Source: a virus
Lineage: Duplodnaviria; Heunggongvirae; Uroviricota; Caudoviricetes
Strand: one strand, 5' to 3'
Length of the DNA: 64,000 nucleotides
IMG/VR virus record: IMGVR_UViG_3300033489_000001
Location: 254,023 to 318,022 of that record
Under the pieces are notes generated by a model. That model had not been told where the DNA came from, ran no database searches, and saw only the letters and a list, made by a program, of their open reading frames with translations. This document shows, piece after piece, positions 63,216 through 64,000 of this stretch (the first letter of the stretch is position 1; each line of letters begins with the position of its first letter). Both the position numbers and the translations under genes were made by a program.

Positions 63216-64000
63216 TTATTCTAAGTCTCCCATTCCGCCGCCTCTAGGTTTTTTGAAGAATTTACTCCTAGACCTTTGAGGTAATTCAAATGTCTCATCA
63301 TAACTAGGAGTATCTATGCCAAGCCCCATACTGACTGCAAATTCCTCCGTTTCCTCTGCAATTGCTTTGTTCTCCTCTCTTTCTGCTGCTACATCTCCTC
63401 CAACATCAACGATCTTAAATCGGCCCTGAATGTATTCATTCACCGCATCACTAAAAGCTTGTTGACCAGGAAGAAAGGATTCAGCACCTTCTATAATCCA
63501 CGTGGGCTTGGCCGCAAACTCCCTGGTTTTAAGAGCCTCATGCAATACCTTCGGCGTAGCTTTATTTGGAGTGATTCTAAACCCCAGCCGAATAAGAACT
63601 AATGATGGAGGTAACACTAAATCAGCAATAGTGTTGTTGGTTTCAATCTCATCCCGAACCTTAGTTGATTTACTAAGGTAAGCTTGTTTCCCCAACCAAA
63701 CATTAACTAACGTATTATCCTCTATAATTTTGTAAGAAAACCCTGGAGTATATAAACGTTTGGCCGATAATACCCAATGTAAATGTTGACAAACAACTGC
63801 CCAAGACCCTTTAATAAAAAGGTTTTCTTCAGTACGATCCCCTTCTACTTTCCCTGTTTCTGTATTAGGGACAATACAGTACAAGTCGCTTTTGACTCGC
63901 TTAACATTACTTATTTCGGGACCTAAATAATCCCTAAGAAGCTTACGTTCTAAGCAAATACAAGCCTTAGAGATTACTTCTTCCCCCTCATATTCATAGA
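63216..64000 (-). CDS. Degenerate DnaC/helicase-loader-like protein, 5'-truncated by the window
   Basis: Frame stays open to the window end (YEYEGEEVISKACICLER...); ENLFIKG, LVLIRLG, REFAAKPTWI resemble DnaC-type AAA strands but lack the Walker A lysine; directly upstream of dnaB. Confidence 0.45.
   Translation of the reverse strand, partial: YEYEGEEVISKACICLERKLLRDYLGPEISNVKRVKSDLYCIVPNTETGKVEGDRTEENLFIKGSWAVVCQHLHWVLSAKRLYTPGFSYKIIEDNTLVNVWLGKQAYLSKSTKVRDEIETNNTIADLVLPPSLVLIRLGFRITPNKATPKVLHEALKTREFAAKPTWIIEGAESFLPGQQAFSDAVNEYIQGRFKIVDVGGDVAAEREENKAIAEETEEFAVSMGLGIDTPSYDETFELPQRSRSKFFKKPRGGGMGDLE

Noticed and set aside
1-64000. Stop-codon reassignment, seen in some large phages
   Set aside because: Conserved genes are full-length under the standard code, and TAA, TAG and TGA all end tightly packed genes

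Overview
This 64 kb window reads as part of a large (jumbo/huge) dsDNA bacteriophage genome using the standard genetic code; no rRNA, canonical tRNA or CRISPR array was seen. About 1-17.8 kb is a virion/tail region: tandem beta-propeller paralogs, two paralogous glycoside-hydrolase-like proteins, a repeat-containing tail fibre and other structural ORFs. About 18-53 kb holds early/accessory genes: KH protein, HNH and homing endonucleases, dCMP deaminase, macrodomain, dNMP kinase, RNase HII, Dam, a zeta-toxin-like kinase, topoisomerase IB, ClpX, nitrilase, 5'-nucleotidase, NADAR and a Ycf46-type AAA triad. About 54-64 kb is a replication module (PolA, stand-alone primase Zn-binding domain, DnaB, loader-like protein) interrupted by two transposase-less TnpB elements. 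The most striking item is a minus-strand unit at about 22.1-23.6 kb. It runs from a promoter through a DUF7873-like gene and an unannotated small Zn-finger gene into a ~450-nt non-coding RNA with two tandem circularly permuted tRNA-like domains (T arm first, acceptor stem closed by a linker, D arm last; Y-RNA/YrlA-like topology), with no Ro60/TROVE gene in the window. Other recurrent signals are a GGTGTA promoter motif 9-11 nt before many start codons, perfect hairpins covering start codons, an RVxxR[FY] peptide motif shared by six unrelated proteins, and a C-terminal LFDHL/LFDLL motif shared by four proteins. All family names come from motif recognition by eye, not from database searches.
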